The notes below the pieces were generated by a model. The model saw nothing but the letters and a program-made list of their open reading frames with translations, was not told where the DNA came from and did not search any database. Shown piece by piece: positions 61,943 through 64,000 of a stretch of 64,000 bases of DNA; position 1 is the stretch's first letter, and every line of letters starts with the position of its first letter. This stretch comes from an uncultured Phycisphaerales bacterium. GTDB lineage: Bacteria; Planctomycetota; Phycisphaerae; Sedimentisphaerales; Anaerobacaceae. The DNA lies in assembly GCA_963772725.1 (NCBI GenBank), contig CAVYYI010000001.1, positions 992,001 to 1,056,000 on the forward strand. The letters are read 5' to 3'. The position numbers and the translations under genes were made by a program.

Positions 61943-63151
61943 ATGACGGACAAAATAGCTGAACAGATTCAATTTTTGAAACGCGGAACGGTAGAGGTTT
62001 TTACCGAGGCGGAACTGGCCGAAAAACTTGCTGTCGCCGCAAAAAAAGGCGAACAGTTGAGGATAAAACTCGGCCTCGACCCGACAAGTCCGGATATACA
62101 TCTCGGCCACACGGTGGTATTACGAAAAATGCGACAGTTCCAGGATTTGGGCCACAAGGCGGTTCTCATTATAGGCGATTATACGGCTCGTATCGGAGAC
62201 CCGACGGGACAGAATACCGCTCGGCCTATGCTCACCGCCGAACAGATTAAGGAAAACGCCAAAACTTATTTCAGGCAGGCAGGTAAAATTCTCGATACAT
62301 CCGCCGATAAACTCGAAGTGCGATACAACAGCGAATGGCTCGAAAAAATGACCCTTATGGAGCTTATTCACCTTGCCGCTAAAAAAACGGTCGCTCAAAT
62401 GCTGCAACGCGACAGTTTCAAATTGCGGCTTGCCAACAATATCGACGTCTATACCCACGAGTTTATCTATCCGCTGATGCAGGGCTATGACTCAGCCGTC
62501 ATTAAAAGCGACGTCGAACTGGGCGGCACCGACCAGACATTCAATAATCTTGTCGGCAGAGATATTCAGCGGGCTTATGGACAGCCGTCTCAGGTGGTAA
62601 TTACAATGCCAATCCTCGTCGGACTGGACGGCAAAGATAAGATGAGCAAATCCAAAGGCAACTATATCGGCGTAACCGATGAGCCGAAAGATATGTTCGG
62701 AAAGATTATGAGTATATCCGATGAGATGATGGAAAATTACTTTACCCTGCTGACGGATTTGCCGACAGGGAAAATCGCCGAGCTTGTAAATTCCGATAAG
62801 ACGCACCCCAAGCAGGCAAAAGTTCTGCTGGGCAAAATGATTGTAACACAGTTTTATGACGAAGCGACTGCGCAATCGGCGGCGGCGGAGTTTGACAAAA
62901 TTTTCGCACAGGGCCAGCTTCCCGAAAATATGCCCATAGTTGAAATGGATGCCGCGCCTGTTATGGCCAGCAAACTTATCGTAAACTGCAAACTCGTTCC
63001 CAGCGGCAGCGAGGCTAAACGAATGATAACCCAGTCCGCTGTTAGTATTAATGGCAGCAAAATCAGCGACCCAAATGAACAGATTACCCCGGCTGATGGT
63101 ATGATTATTCAGGTCGGAAAAAGAAGATTTGCGAAATTAAAAATAAGTTAG
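61943..63151 (+). CDS. tyrS: Tyrosine--tRNA ligase
   Basis: GLDPTSPDIHLGH, YPLMQGYDS, GGTDQ, KMSKS motifs; C-terminal S4 domain. Confidence 0.97.
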   Translation: MTDKIAEQIQFLKRGTVEVFTEAELAEKLAVAAKKGEQLRIKLGLDPTSPDIHLGHTVVLRKMRQFQDLGHKAVLIIGDYTARIGDPTGQNTARPMLTAEQIKENAKTYFRQAGKILDTSADKLEVRYNSEWLEKMTLMELIHLAAKKTVAQMLQRDSFKLRLANNIDVYTHEFIYPLMQGYDSAVIKSDVELGGTDQTFNNLVGRDIQRAYGQPSQVVITMPILVGLDGKDKMSKSKGNYIGVTDEPKDMFGKIMSISDEMMENYFTLLTDLPTGKIAELVNSDKTHPKQAKVLLGKMIVTQFYDEATAQSAAAEFDKIFAQGQLPENMPIVEMDAAPVMASKLIVNCKLVPSGSEAKRMITQSAVSINGSKISDPNEQITPADGMIIQVGKRRFAKLKIS

Positions 63152-63179
63152 CACTTCAAAGGTATTTTACTGGTATAAT

Positions 63180-63419
63180 ATGGAGTACAATTTTACAAGA
63201 TATTTTGAAAATGACGTTTTGCGAAAACGCCCTTATATCAAAAAACAATGGTGCATAGAAATTATAGAAAATCCGATTAAAATGGAACGGCAGGAAAACA
63301 ACAGGTTCAGGTACTGGGGAAAAATCGCAGAATTCGAAGATAGAATATTGCGTGTGGTAACGTTAGACGATAAGCTGACGATACATAACGCCTTTTTTGA
63401 TAGGAGCTTTAAATTATGA
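63180..63419 (+). CDS. Putative RelE/BrnT-fold toxin
   Basis: 79 aa with LRVVTL...TIHNAFFDR; ATGA overlap with the DUF2283 gene. Confidence 0.6.
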   Translation: MEYNFTRYFENDVLRKRPYIKKQWCIEIIENPIKMERQENNRFRYWGKIAEFEDRILRVVTLDDKLTIHNAFFDRSFKL

Positions 63420-63631
63420 AACTGAATTACTATCCGGAAACAGATTCGTTATATATCGACCTTGCTGAAAGGAACAGCGTTGAAAGCAAAGAGGTGTCGG
63501 AGGGCGTGGTATTGGATTATGACGAAAAAGGCAATCTTGTGGGAATTGACATTGATAACGCCAGTAAAAAGCTGTCTCTTCAAACGCTTACTCTTATAAA
63601 ACTGCCTTCGGAAGTTAAATTAACCGCATAA
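63416..63631 (+). CDS. DUF2283 family putative antitoxin
   Basis: YYPETDSLYI...VVLDYDEKGNLVGIDI pattern. Confidence 0.8.
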   Translation: MKLNYYPETDSLYIDLAERNSVESKEVSEGVVLDYDEKGNLVGIDIDNASKKLSLQTLTLIKLPSEVKLTA

Positions 63632-63657
63632 ATTTTTGTTGTTCGGTATTAGACATT

Positions 63658-64000
63658 ATGAAACTGCCAAAACTTGAAAATAGCGAAAAGTATGTCGGGC
63701 TGTATGTAGTCGATTTCGGCGAGCAGGCGGGCGTCGGTTTTACCGCCGAGGAAGTCGCCGAACTTCTTGACAGCGAAAAATATAAAGACTGCAAAGTTTA
63801 TAAAATCCACAAGGCCTATCCCAACGGCTGTATCGAACTCAAAGGCGTCCAGTCGCAAACTTTCCAGCTTGAGATGGCGATGCTCTTTTACGCGAACGAC
63901 GCCAAGACCGCAAAGGGTGATTTCAAAAGGCTCGTCAGCCTCGCCGTGCGAATCGCCCCCCCCTGCCGCGCAAAACTGCATCTGGCTAAATACAGCGATA
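63658..64000 (+). CDS. Hypothetical protein, 5' part (runs off the window)
   Basis: Open frame MKLPKLENSEKYVGLYVVDFGEQAGVGFTAEEVAELLDSEKY... Confidence 0.7.
   Translation, partial: MKLPKLENSEKYVGLYVVDFGEQAGVGFTAEEVAELLDSEKYKDCKVYKIHKAYPNGCIELKGVQSQTFQLEMAMLFYANDAKTAKGDFKRLVSLAVRIAPPCRAKLHLAKYSD

Overview
A 64-kb window of bacterial chromosome. The gene content and protein style (planctomycete-type pilM/T2SS clusters, Tat-signal aldo/keto reductases, an RNase HII-like protein) suggest Planctomycetota, probably Phycisphaerae/Sedimentisphaerales; this is an inference. From left to right it holds: a secreted RHS/YD protein with a TPR partner; two Fn3-domain paralogs; sppA; a UROD-family gene; mgtA; a GT-C-like membrane protein; a trpE-G-D-F-B-A operon with a Trp-Trp leader and attenuator; and an intact single-ORF IS66 element. 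Next is a defence islet (AlwI-family fragment, PLD nuclease, Bro-N gene, MTase remnant, DUF2188-kwaA-kwaB Kiwa). The Kiwa genes are headed by a sigma54 promoter and a Leu-bodied tRNA-like RNA with a Gly(GCC) anticodon, next to 1.5 kb of non-coding DNA with 21-bp palindromic and 20/21-bp arrays. The rest holds csrA, a GH2 enzyme, a pilM cluster, mtaB, a gspD-M T2SS operon, membrane glycosylation genes, two Tat AKRs, hldD, tyrS and a TA pair. Many conserved genes carry single-base frameshifts, most likely long-read indel errors. All calls come from reading the sequence; no searches were run.
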